Of a stretch of 64,000 nucleotides of DNA, positions 53,501-61,733 are shown one piece after another. The stretch lies in NCBI GenBank assembly GCA_965205335.1, contig OZ242164.1, forward strand, positions 256,001 to 320,000. Direction: 5' to 3'. The notes beneath the pieces were generated by a model. It was not told the DNA's origin and made no database searches. It saw nothing but the letters and a program-made list of their open reading frames with translations. Source of the DNA: Candidatus Woesearchaeota archaeon (GTDB taxonomy: Archaea > Nanobdellota > Nanobdellia > Woesearchaeales > UBA583). How positions within the stretch are numbered: position 1 is the stretch's first letter; each line of letters begins with the position of its first letter. Position numbers and translations under genes: made by a program.

Positions 53501-54833
53501 CACAAGATTCTCAATCACAAAAGGTGGTGTTTTGACTTTTGTTTCTGCACCGGATTTTGAAAACCCAAATGATGCTGGCAGGAATAATGAGTACGAAATA
53601 CAAGTTACTGCTACAAGTGGGACAGGAGGCAGGGAAATGAGTGCAACACAAAACATTACTATTACAGTAAATAATGTGAGCGAGAGTATGGTCATCAATC
53701 CACGTATAAACGTAACTCAGAACAATACAATTACAAGAAGTATTGATGACTTGGTTCAAAGTGGGGTTTGCGGGGCAAACAATAACATTTGCACAACTGG
53801 AATTCCAGAAGATACAGTAGATAATTCCACACATTATTTGTGGAAGTGTAATGGAATAAACGGAGGGAATAATGATTTATGTAATGAACTCATTCCTCCT
53901 ATTGTTGGAGTCTGTGGAACAAACAATAATGCCTGTACAATAGGAAATATGCAAGATACAAATGATAATTCAACTCACTATCTATGGGAATGTAATGGGA
54001 TAAATGGAGGGACTAACTCTACTTGTAACAAACCAATAACTAAAGGTGGAAGTGGCAGAGGAAGTAGTGGAAGTAATGGAGGAGGAAGTAGTGGAAGTAG
54101 TGGAGGTGGAAGTAGTGGAACTACTTTATATCCACAAAATCCGGAAGAATTTAAAATAAAAGACGATAAATTAAGTATAAACATAATTAATATAACCTCA
54201 AACGAAAAAGTAAGAAATGTGAAAATAAATGCTAATAAACTTAGAAAAGAACCATCCTTAATTGAGAATTTCCCAGAAGAAAATGTATTTGAATATTTTG
54301 AAATTAATGCAAGAAACTTAAATGATGAACAAATTGATACTGCATTTATAATATTTGTTTTAAGTAAAGAAGAAATCCTTGAGAATAAAGATATAATATT
54401 ATCGGGATATAATAAATATACTAACCAATGGAAGGACTTAGAAACCAGAATTATCAGAGAAACCTCAACTAAGATAACATTTTCAGCCCAAACTGATAGC
54501 TTTTCATATTCACCTTTTGTTATTTCAATAAGAGAAATAGAAGTTATTACCCCTCCTACATCAATAACTCCTCCTATTCAGGAAGAAACTAAACCAAAAC
54601 CACAAATAATACCTCCAGAGGAAATCATAATAGAAGAAACTAGACCCGAAGATAAAGAGGAAATTAAAGTAGAAGAAAAGAAAGAAACTTATGAAGAGGC
54701 AGTAAATTTTCCTTCCCGAGTTAAAACTTTATCTCTTGTCAATATTTTTATTGCTATAATATTAGGGCTTGTCCTTGGACTCATAGTTCTTATCATTAGG
54801 AAAAATAAGAAGAGAAATCAAAAGAATTTCTAA
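47514..54833 (+). CDS. Giant mosaic surface protein (2439 aa): choice-of-anchor-R-like, 2 x (GLWSDG propeller-like + Ig), about 9 cadherin-like, FN3, 2 Cys repeats, PGF-pre-PGF-like, TM
   Basis: AQAFTTG...GY....VEI; RGLWSDGETMWVL repeats; APDFENP cadherins; W.AP...ITDYNVQYR...YQVRVRA.N FN3; C-terminus nearly identical to the 40638 protein. Confidence 0.88.
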   Translation: MMEVPKRGVRRRAFSVFCLIFLFAFMGVVLADNVSAVKLVGNLDSESSGDLTIGEYQTSTGVGAQAFTTGNNPEGYVITGVEINVSVASSNRTALVSIQSSNNSKLYDLTGSVTSAGVQSFTAPENATLNASTTYFLHIAPGTGTLNFKVGVTDSDSEDSDSASGWSVENVSLHSTNNGSSFTINDDSLQLAVYGDAVSINPEIPTNSFDLTGLNSSVRGLWSDGETMWVLDTRNDKAVAYEFSGSSLVRDSSKDFTTETSPDGSGVDAANEIVYIMEVDPISPTAYAYSLSGTRQTNKDISGFNHSESGFSTGLWFNGNTLLFSGTGRFGNMATYHSDSGLNISNLGSDLSEGINTSCSTWGVWSDGTTMWTSCVKSHGIRAFKLSDGSRDSDRDIPYAQEHSAPRGLWSDGETMWVLQDESGGTTDKVFSYKYRNNAEGLRIHGSPITGHTLSADTSSITDPNGLPDSPDFSYQWQYDDGTDIEGATDKTYQIRTSDVGKKLRVRVSFTDNARYKDEIFSEPTEKVTKSKLSSNSYDLTGLNSSVRGLWSDGETMWVLDTRNDKAVAYEFSGSSLVRDSSKDFTTETSPDGSGVDAANEIVYIMEVDPISPTAYAYSLSGTRQTNKDISGFNHSESGFSTGLWFNGNTLLFSGTGRFGNMATYHSDSGLNISNLGSDLSEGINTSCSTWGVWSDGTTMWTSCVKSHGIRAFKLSDGSRDSDRDIPYAQEHSAPRGLWSDGETMWVLQDESGGTTDKVFSYKYRNNAEGLRIHGSPITGHTLSADIASITEPDGLPDSPEFSYQWQYADGTDIAGAISKTYYLKVADAGKKVRVRVSFTDNARYEEEIFSEPTGTIQTNELAVFGQSEYIFYLDENRNGSGVNAITLGRITVTDKNKPSGVGLFFTESSSINSNDGKFRITGETTDTFRFQYRGTGEEYNETKNKYVYTITTFNNNNFTNSTSVNVTIYINDPNEAPVFEHLRYFFYLDKNKSGKPTPVELGTITVTDNKDPDGVTLFFPETNSPSSNDGKFRIIGETTDTFRFQYRGTGEEYNETKDRYVYTIAALDNNNNIAYMNVTVLIRNSTEPPVFDQREYVFYLDVNISGPVEMGTITLTDNDDSNGITLFFTEINSVNSNDGKFRISGGARDTFRFQYKGTGETDETNKYVYTIEAIDDRDNSAYANVTIYIINPNAPVFSQKEYVFYLDENQIGNDTPIDLGTISATDNDDPDGFAFSFANDSNDTFTPYSKDNKFRIKANTTTSSTFRYVGDGEEYNETDETKNKYVYTIITSDNNLNYAYATVIVYIRDVDEGGNVTSVFDQSELVFYLDENRNGSGDNPITLGTITLNTNDDAGIAFTDSEMNKNAYSPDNKFSIQYTSGNSFEFRYIGTGEEYNETKNKYVYSIYAAYGMSNEITNVIVYINDPNEPIRETNEAPVFSSSSTFSVNENNISVGTITATDSDTEDIVTGYSISGGADSTNFSITNGGVLTFVSAPDFENPDDANSNNDYEVQVTATSGVESRVMTATQDITVTITNANEHPEFTSSSTFIVNEHKKRVGTVMASDEDVEDSITGYSISGGEDAGSFRINNNGVLHFIPTPNFESPSDVGGDNEYKVSVQVTSGTGSRHLTANKEFTVSVNDLNEPPSAPAKPTLNSLTSTSLLVNWVAPSNKGPAITDYNVQYRVGSSGSWSNWTHNEASTTTTITNLSTNTTYQVRVRAHNAEGTSGWSSVTEGITGTQLTPMISNVEASDITDDGANITVTISNPDGNARNIHYRVWALAVARIVDSGVVSTSTSSATFRLTGLNEGFLHRVDVSFNESYPIGETQNVRFTPEEPNDPPILTKSLIEFNLSETADGSSTPFHIGRVEATDPDGDPLNYTLVRTHTDDIDKFTINPTSGDVYYTGSGEDYETKIQYFLLGNLYDGVNQAVIFSFYVYVRITNNTEETNNLPAFTSSSTFSVNENNINVGTVIASDSDTEDNVTGYSISGGTDNTRFSITKGGVLTFVSAPDFENPNDAGRNNEYEIQVTATSGTGGREMSATQNITITVNNVSESMVINPRINVTQNNTITRSIDDLVQSGVCGANNNICTTGIPEDTVDNSTHYLWKCNGINGGNNDLCNELIPPIVGVCGTNNNACTIGNMQDTNDNSTHYLWECNGINGGTNSTCNKPITKGGSGRGSSGSNGGGSSGSSGGGSSGTTLYPQNPEEFKIKDDKLSINIINITSNEKVRNVKINANKLRKEPSLIENFPEENVFEYFEINARNLNDEQIDTAFIIFVLSKEEILENKDIILSGYNKYTNQWKDLETRIIRETSTKITFSAQTDSFSYSPFVISIREIEVITPPTSITPPIQEETKPKPQIIPPEEIIIEETRPEDKEEIKVEEKKETYEEAVNFPSRVKTLSLVNIFIAIILGLVLGLIVLIIRKNKKRNQKNF
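48131..50100 (+). repeat. 987-bp tandem duplication within the 47514 gene
   Basis: About 48140-48880 recurs almost base-for-base at +987 (identical shadow ORFs at 48568 and 49555); the last ~230 bp (Ig domain) is more diverged. Confidence 0.93.
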
Positions 54834-55212
54834 TAGCCATAAAAATTGTTCTTGGTTCTTGTAATCAGTTCTTCAAAAGTAATTATAGAATTTCTTATAA
54901 AATAATTAATCGCCACAAAAATTAAAAAAAATCTTCTTTACTTACAACTAAAACTCCACAGGAATTTAACTTTATACTACTATTTAATTTGTATAAAATA
55001 TTTAAAATAGAATTTCCAAATAATACTTATGAATTCTTTTTTTATTGAACTTGGAATTGTTATGGTTCTAACATTTGTTGTTTCGTATATAATGAATAGA
55101 ATCAAACAACCTCTACTTGTTGGATACATCCTGACAGGAATCTTAGCAGGTCCATTGTTCTTTGACATCCTCAGCTCAACAGAAGGATATGAAACATTCT
55201 CTCATATAGGTG
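54091..55212 (+). repeat. Direct repeat copy 2 (~1.1 kb)
   Basis: Matches 44782-45912; this copy continues into the intact antiporter. Confidence 0.92.
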
Positions 55213-56807
55213 TCGCGTTACTTCTATTCATCGTTGGATTGCATCTAAATGTCAGACTAATAAAAGAAGTTGGACTTATCTCAGCAATTACAGGCATAGG
55301 CCAAGTATTATTCACATCATTAGTTGGATTTATTATAGGCATATCTTTGGGTTTCTCGCTCATACCTGCATTTCTAATTGCAATCTGTCTGACTTTCAGC
55401 TCAACCATTATTATCGTCAAACTACTATCAGATAAAAAAGACTTACACAAATTATATGGAAAAATTTCTATGGGATTCTTACTTGTTCAGGATCTTATAG
55501 CAGTTGTTTTACTTATGATAGTTGGATCTCTTCTAACAGTAGAAGTAGTAAGCATCAAAAATATTCTATTTCAGACATTAAGCTTTGCATTTTTCTCCTT
55601 CATTGTTGCATACTTTCTGGCAAAATACATTGTTCCTGCTTTTCTGCCTTTTATTGTTAAATCACAAGAACTACTCTTTATTTTCGTTATAACTTGGTGT
55701 TTTAGTTTAGCCGCCCTATTTGATTTCTATGGCTTCTCATTAGAAATCGGAGCTCTAATTGCAGGATTAACTTTGGCATCAACTCCTTATCAATTTGAAA
55801 TCTCAGCTAAGGTTAAACCCCTAAGAGACTTTTTCATTGTAATGTTTTTCATACTATTAGGTTCTCAAATGCTCCCTGATTTAATAAGCCATGAAGCTTT
55901 GGGAGAGAAAATAGATTACCTGCAGGATAACGCATTAGAACTCTTATTGCCAGCAGTTGTACTCTCAATTTTCGTGCTCATTGGAAACCCATTAATAGTT
56001 TTAATTCTAATGACAAGATTAGGTTACTCTCTTAAAACAAGTTTTCTTTGCGGATTAACGGTTGCTCAAATAGGGGAGTTTTCTCTCATCTTAGCCATTT
56101 TAGGGCAAGAAGCAGGACTTTTAGGCACTAATGATGTAGCTATGATAACCTTTGTGGTAATTTTAACAATTGCAGGTTCAACATATATGCTAATGCATGG
56201 TGATTATCTCTTCAAATTAGCAAAACCATTCTTAAAAATTTTTGAAAGAAAAGAAGTACACGATAAAAAAGTTCCTGCAAAAGATTTAACTTATGACGTA
56301 CTAGTCATTGGTTATGACAGAGTTGGATATCCTCTTATAAAATCAATTGATAAATCCGGCAAAAAATATACTATTGTTGACTATAATCCGTCCATTGTTT
56401 CAGAACTTGAAGAGAAAGGAATTAGTTACATTTATGGAGATGCAAACGACTTAGAACTAATAGAAGAATTTGATTTAGAAAACATTGAACTATTAATTTC
56501 TACAATCTCTGATTTTAGTACAAATTCCTTATTACTTAGAGAACTTAAAAAAAGAAATAAACAAGCACATGTAATTTTAACATCTGAGGATGTAGAATAT
56601 GCTTTAAAGTTATACGAAAAAGGAGCAGACTATGTTATTATTCCACATCACTTAGGAGGAAATTACGCATCAGATTTAATAAACAAATACAAAAATAACC
56701 TTGACGGTTTAATTAATGAAAAAATTACATCAGTAAATGAACTAAAAGAAAGACTTGAACACGAGAGAAAAAAAGTCAGTGGACACCACAAAAAACAACA
56801 TACGTAA
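55029..56807 (+). CDS. CPA2 cation:proton antiporter with C-terminal TrkA-N/KTN domain (Kef-like)
   Basis: LLLFIVGL, FSST, LLVQD, PLRDFF and QIGEFS motifs; GYDRVG...YGDA Rossmann KTN domain. Confidence 0.92.
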   Translation: MNSFFIELGIVMVLTFVVSYIMNRIKQPLLVGYILTGILAGPLFFDILSSTEGYETFSHIGVALLLFIVGLHLNVRLIKEVGLISAITGIGQVLFTSLVGFIIGISLGFSLIPAFLIAICLTFSSTIIIVKLLSDKKDLHKLYGKISMGFLLVQDLIAVVLLMIVGSLLTVEVVSIKNILFQTLSFAFFSFIVAYFLAKYIVPAFLPFIVKSQELLFIFVITWCFSLAALFDFYGFSLEIGALIAGLTLASTPYQFEISAKVKPLRDFFIVMFFILLGSQMLPDLISHEALGEKIDYLQDNALELLLPAVVLSIFVLIGNPLIVLILMTRLGYSLKTSFLCGLTVAQIGEFSLILAILGQEAGLLGTNDVAMITFVVILTIAGSTYMLMHGDYLFKLAKPFLKIFERKEVHDKKVPAKDLTYDVLVIGYDRVGYPLIKSIDKSGKKYTIVDYNPSIVSELEEKGISYIYGDANDLELIEEFDLENIELLISTISDFSTNSLLLRELKKRNKQAHVILTSEDVEYALKLYEKGADYVIIPHHLGGNYASDLINKYKNNLDGLINEKITSVNELKERLEHERKKVSGHHKKQHT

Positions 56808-56887
56808 AAAAACATATTTAAATTTGAATGTGTTGTAACTTGAAGTAAAAACACAAATATAATAATAAATGTGAATTTCGTTACTCA

Positions 56888-57892
56888 ATGGTAAATAATA
56901 ATTCAGGTCATGAACTTGTGGAATTTAAATTTGATGACTTTGTACGTAAACTTGAACCTTCTGATATTGAGCCATATGTGAGACGCCAATATATAAGAAG
57001 ATTACTCAATTTAATCAAAGGAAAAAAAGGAAAAAATTTAGAGGCTTTAATAAAAGATTCTGAAGAACAATTAAATTATTGTTTAGAATACGTCCAATCA
57101 TTCTTTAGATTAATAGACAAGCAAGGTTATTGCAAAGTTTGGCACACTAAAAAAGATGGACAAGTCACAAATGAGGTTATAATAGGGTTAGAAGAGCCTT
57201 GGAAAATAGAAACCTTTGAATTAACGAGAACCTTTGAGAGTAAGGAAAGTAACGGTAAGAAATTAATTTATCTTCCTGTGAGTAAAGATGGAGTTGATTT
57301 TAATTTGATAATTTACAGACACCATCCGGTTAATTATAATGACTATCCAAGCATTGATGCCTATCCGAACACCCAAATTGAAGTACTATATAATTTTGAA
57401 ACAAGCTTTAGTATAGGGAGAAGAGAGGAGAATCATATATTAAATCAGCTTGCAAGTAATCCTCTAATAAATAAACTTGCAAGTAACCCTCTAATAAATA
57501 AACTTGCAAGTAACCCTCTAATAAATAAACTTGCAAGTAACCCTCTATTAACTAAACTTGCAAGTGACCCTCTATTAACTAAACTTGCAAATAACCCTTT
57601 ATCAACTAATTATAAATTCTTTAATTTGGACAGTTTCTACGGTGAGGAAGGAGAACATATATATTATAGAAATTCAGATACATTTTGTCGTGACCTTTGT
57701 GAGGCTATGCCTAAAACTACTGGAATACTGGAATCATTTCGAGAGGAACTCACCAAATATGGAAATATTAATTCATCAAATATCTCATCAAGATTCAGAA
57801 TGACGGGGGCGATATGTTTTACAGGAACAGAAGAGCCTGTATACTGCGGAAGAATAGGAACAGACGGAACTTTTCCCTTCTTTATCATATAA
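56888..57892 (+). CDS. Hypothetical protein with an internal 9-aa tandem repeat
   Basis: 334-aa ORF; (LASNPLINK)-like unit present 6 times; family not recognised. Confidence 0.6.
   Translation: MVNNNSGHELVEFKFDDFVRKLEPSDIEPYVRRQYIRRLLNLIKGKKGKNLEALIKDSEEQLNYCLEYVQSFFRLIDKQGYCKVWHTKKDGQVTNEVIIGLEEPWKIETFELTRTFESKESNGKKLIYLPVSKDGVDFNLIIYRHHPVNYNDYPSIDAYPNTQIEVLYNFETSFSIGRREENHILNQLASNPLINKLASNPLINKLASNPLINKLASNPLLTKLASDPLLTKLANNPLSTNYKFFNLDSFYGEEGEHIYYRNSDTFCRDLCEAMPKTTGILESFREELTKYGNINSSNISSRFRMTGAICFTGTEEPVYCGRIGTDGTFPFFII
57449..57610 (+). repeat. 27-bp in-frame tandem repeat x6 (VNTR)
   Basis: CTTGCAAGTAACCCTCTAATAAATAAA units, diverging toward the 3' end; no spacers. Confidence 0.9.
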
Positions 57893-57916
57893 CTGAGAAA
57901 CTAATTACTTAAATTT

Positions 57917-60115
57917 TTATTTCGTAAAAAAATTATCCAGACTCTTCTGCTTTTCAATTTCCTTTCCAAAAACTCCTTCTATTCTTAAATTCGCAAGTTC
58001 CAATGTCTCAACAATATACGGATCTACCTCATAATTTTTCACAATATCAAAACTTGGATTTAAATACTTTTTAATTGAACCTTCATGTATTGTAAAATTA
58101 ATTGATGTAGCCTTACATTCTGGACATCTCCCATTCAAAGGAGGTCTTCTGCAGATAAAATTACAATTAGTGCACCTAAAAGACTGCATTGAGAACTTTC
58201 TTAAATTACCTTTAATATCTCTCATAAAATGCTTATCAATAATCAAAGAACCTAATTTATTCTCATTAACCGCACGGATTTTAGTTCCTATTTCCAATTG
58301 CATATTCATTTTATCCACCATAAGAGGAACTAACTTATATGATGAACATAGAACAGTATTATTCAAATCATCTGTTGAATGAGTGAAATTATAACCTAAA
58401 TACTTATCATCTATAACTTCTTCATTTATTCTTTTCTCAATTCTTTCAATATCAAAATCTCTTGGATTTCTATACCCCTTAGCGCCCTGATAAAGTTCTA
58501 ATGGATAAAAACCAACAATATCCATTCCATGAACCTCATCATCAATCTGATCTAAATGCAAATGAGATGTCAGAACCAAAGAAATATCCATAGTCCTTGC
58601 CCCCAACCTGTCAGGCAAATACTCCACTGAAAAATTTATTAATCCATCCATTAAAAGCATTATCCCATTCTCGTCCCCATCAAGATTTCTTCTCTGGGCG
58701 GCATGCCATACTGGATGAGAAAAACACCCCTGAGTCTTTGAAAAACCAATTATTCTCCCAATAATCCCTGCAGAAGTATGAGGAGCAAGCCCTATTACCA
58801 AATGCCCAATAGTATCCTCTCTCGTTTTGAAATTATAAAATCTGGGAAGTTTGTATAGACTTTCAAGCAACTCATCTATGAAATTAGCCGTATTCATTAT
58901 AAACTCCGATGCTAACTCATCCCCACTCTCAGCACAGTCAGGAAGAATCACATCCTGTGGGAGAATTTCAATTAACTGATTCTCATCTTTTAATGGATTG
59001 CCAAGATAATCTTTCTCATAACCAAGTTCCTTTAATTTTTCAATAGACGTTCCGATTTCCTTTGGTTTAAAATGAGTTATTCCCATTTCAATCATATCAA
59101 ACCTGACAGTTCCATCCTTATTAACATATACATTATTTTTAGCCCTTAGAAAAACTTTTGCAATATGCTCAGTAATATGATTTCTGTTAGAAGTTCCCTT
59201 AATCCCTTTCACTAACTTTGGCAACTGAACAGAATTAATTATCTCTCTTGCTTTATCCACATACCTAGAAACCTCAAGTTCAATCTTCTTATATCTAACA
59301 GCTTTCTTATTATCAGAATTCACCTGCTTATTTGTCCATTTCTCAAAATATCTCTCCTCAGTTTTATTAGAACATTCTTCACATTTAGGATAAATAGTCT
59401 CCCTGTCACACTCTGAGCAATAATATATCACAAACAGAGATGAAACCTTTCCTTTCTTTGAATACGCTTCCATTAAATTCCTTAACCTTCCTCCTTCCTC
59501 TCCTACTGGAAACAAGCCATGCGGTCTTCCTGTAAGTTTACGTATCTTAGCCTTCTCAGGTCTTCCCATCCTTGCTCCAATATAAGTTCCTCCCTTATCT
59601 CTTATCTCTATTTCATTTGAAAGTGTTAATATCTCACAGGATTTTTTCTCTAAATTCTTCTTTGCAGTCTCAAGCAAATTATCTAACCGATTTTTCAAAT
59701 CAAACTTCTTAAAATCATAAATTCCTAAATTAGATAAAATAATCTTTGTATTCAGTTCATCAAATTCAAGTACATTCACTTCATCCTCTGATTTCACTTT
59801 ATCTAATGGAAGAGACTTAACGCTATGTTCAATTCCCAAAATCTCACAATATCTCTTTATCTTATCAATTACAGGAAGAGTTGATTTTTGTGCATTCTCT
59901 TCAACATTTAACTTCTTTAAATACTCCAAAAACAAAACCAATTGATTAGCTGTTAATTCATTCCAGTACAAAGTATATCTGGGATGTAGAGCAATTTTAT
60001 ATTCTTTTGACAATGAAATAGCCTCTTCAATTTCAGGAATATTCATAAAGGGATTTTCAAGTATATTTTTTATCTCAGGACTTGGGCTCTTTACTAAATT
60101 TAAATATGTATTCAC
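57917..60115 (-). CDS. polC: DNA polymerase D large subunit DP2, C-terminal part only (732 aa)
   Basis: LHPRYT, IGARMGRPEKAK, KDGTVRFD, LAPHTSAG, RRNLDGDE catalytic motif, DIKGNLRKFSMQSFRC and C-terminal PIP box QKSLDNFF; the N-terminal portion is absent. Confidence 0.92.
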   Translation of the reverse strand: MNTYLNLVKSPSPEIKNILENPFMNIPEIEEAISLSKEYKIALHPRYTLYWNELTANQLVLFLEYLKKLNVEENAQKSTLPVIDKIKRYCEILGIEHSVKSLPLDKVKSEDEVNVLEFDELNTKIILSNLGIYDFKKFDLKNRLDNLLETAKKNLEKKSCEILTLSNEIEIRDKGGTYIGARMGRPEKAKIRKLTGRPHGLFPVGEEGGRLRNLMEAYSKKGKVSSLFVIYYCSECDRETIYPKCEECSNKTEERYFEKWTNKQVNSDNKKAVRYKKIELEVSRYVDKAREIINSVQLPKLVKGIKGTSNRNHITEHIAKVFLRAKNNVYVNKDGTVRFDMIEMGITHFKPKEIGTSIEKLKELGYEKDYLGNPLKDENQLIEILPQDVILPDCAESGDELASEFIMNTANFIDELLESLYKLPRFYNFKTREDTIGHLVIGLAPHTSAGIIGRIIGFSKTQGCFSHPVWHAAQRRNLDGDENGIMLLMDGLINFSVEYLPDRLGARTMDISLVLTSHLHLDQIDDEVHGMDIVGFYPLELYQGAKGYRNPRDFDIERIEKRINEEVIDDKYLGYNFTHSTDDLNNTVLCSSYKLVPLMVDKMNMQLEIGTKIRAVNENKLGSLIIDKHFMRDIKGNLRKFSMQSFRCTNCNFICRRPPLNGRCPECKATSINFTIHEGSIKKYLNPSFDIVKNYEVDPYIVETLELANLRIEGVFGKEIEKQKSLDNFFTK

Positions 60116-60117
60116 TT

Positions 60118-60357
60118 TTAACTCACTCCATACTCCTTTGATAAAAGCAAATTCAGATATTCCTTTACCAGAACTTCTAAAGAATAATCATCATTTATCT
60201 TCTCAATCTTTAACACAACATATTTGCCAACATCTGTAATTGATGCCTTAAAAAAATCCTTGTAATCCTTAATTGTATCTAAAATAAATTCCTTTGTATA
60301 AAATAACTTATTTAAATATACAAACGCAAAATCATCTTTGAGAACAATTTTCTTCAT
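60118..60357 (-). CDS. HxsD-like small protein
   Basis: 79 aa; LNKLFY.KE.I...IKDY...C-terminal EYLNLLL pattern resembles His-Xaa-Ser system HxsD. Confidence 0.55.
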   Translation of the reverse strand: MKKIVLKDDFAFVYLNKLFYTKEFILDTIKDYKDFFKASITDVGKYVVLKIEKINDDYSLEVLVKEYLNLLLSKEYGVS

Positions 60358-60572
60358 AAATAATTCAGGTAACCCTATGTTTAAATAATTTGTTATGTAC
60401 TAAGAATTGTAGAATAAAGGAAAAATAAATAGGGTTTTGGAAAATTATATGTAGTATATTTGTATAAATTCAAGAGTTTGTGCTATTCCCATTATGATCC
60501 TTCTCTAAATTACATATTTTTAGAAAATTGTATAAGAAAAGTTTATAAATTATCTTCTACAGAGTTTAATTT

Positions 60573-61733
60573 ATGGAAAATAAGGTGGGAATAGAAATTG
60601 TTCCCAAAATTTTTAACTTTATTTTAGATTCATCAGGATACAAAAAAGAGGATATTATAGAATCAAAAACACTTAAAAAAGAGGATTTGAATGGAATTCT
60701 TAATGGAACATATAAAATCTCATTTCCTAAACTCAAAGAATTAGACAACAAGTTCTTTAAAAGAGGAATTCCTTTTTATTTCTTGGATGAAGTCCCTAAA
60801 GAAACTGCTTCTCTAAGTTTTAGAAAAAACAAAGAAATTGCTCCGAACGAAAAAATAACGTTAAGAAAATATGAAATACTAAGAGATGATGTAAAAGAAT
60901 TAAGTGAGGATTTAAGTGTCAATTATGAGAGAATAGATGAATTTTATAGTATCATAGATAAGACAGAAGAAGTTGCTGAAAAATATAGAAATATCTTCAA
61001 TTATGATAATTTAAATTTGGAAGAAAAAAATGAATCTGAAATATTTGAATTTTTAAGAACTAAAATTGAAAAAAGGAATGTTTTTGTTTTCAGATTAGAT
61101 TTTTACAAATATAAAAAAGTAAATTTTAGTGGTTGTGTTTTTCTAAGCGATAATATGCCAAAATTAATTTTAGTAAATTCAGAAGAGGACAAAAATAGAA
61201 TAATTTTTACCCTACTTCATGAGTTTGCACACTATCTACTAAATAAAGAAGAAGAAACCAAAAAATTAAATTTTAACGATAACAATAAAATAGAAAGATG
61301 GTGTAACAATTTTGCCTCTTATTTTCTTTTTCTAAAAGAGAAAAGAGAGGACATAATAAAGAATTTTAATAAAGATACTTATTTAGAAATTAATTCTAAA
61401 GAATTAAAAAATATATCTAAAAAATACAAGATTAGTAAATTTCACTTTGTTCATATTTTAAGGAATTTAAATTTAATAAGCAATAATGATTTAGATGAGT
61501 TTGAAGCAAGATATGATGATGAAATTGAAAAGTTAAGAGGAAGAAAAGGAGGAAGAGGTGATGAAAATACATATTCTAGAAATAGATTAATAATCGATAG
61601 TAGGATGTACTTAGGCTTAGTTTATCACAATTACAAAAATAAGAATATCTCTTATGGAGAGACTTTAAATTATTTATCTGTTAAAGAAAAAGATGATATG
61701 GTGAAAATATTCGAGGCAATTGAAAATGAATAA
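60573..61733 (+). CDS. ImmA/IrrE-family metallopeptidase with a probable N-terminal HTH
   Basis: RIIFTLLHEFAH (HExxH) and E.WCNNFA..FL motifs. Confidence 0.88.
   Translation: MENKVGIEIVPKIFNFILDSSGYKKEDIIESKTLKKEDLNGILNGTYKISFPKLKELDNKFFKRGIPFYFLDEVPKETASLSFRKNKEIAPNEKITLRKYEILRDDVKELSEDLSVNYERIDEFYSIIDKTEEVAEKYRNIFNYDNLNLEEKNESEIFEFLRTKIEKRNVFVFRLDFYKYKKVNFSGCVFLSDNMPKLILVNSEEDKNRIIFTLLHEFAHYLLNKEEETKKLNFNDNNKIERWCNNFASYFLFLKEKREDIIKNFNKDTYLEINSKELKNISKKYKISKFHFVHILRNLNLISNNDLDEFEARYDDEIEKLRGRKGGRGDENTYSRNRLIIDSRMYLGLVYHNYKNKNISYGETLNYLSVKEKDDMVKIFEAIENE

Noticed and set aside
44782-55212. Duplicated segments as a diversity-generating retroelement TR/VR pair
   Set aside because: No reverse transcriptase in the window, the repeats are far longer than typical TR/VR, and differences seen by eye are not confined to adenines
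57449-57610. 27-bp repeats as a CRISPR array
   Set aside because: Units are head-to-tail without spacers, in frame within a CDS, and no cas genes are present
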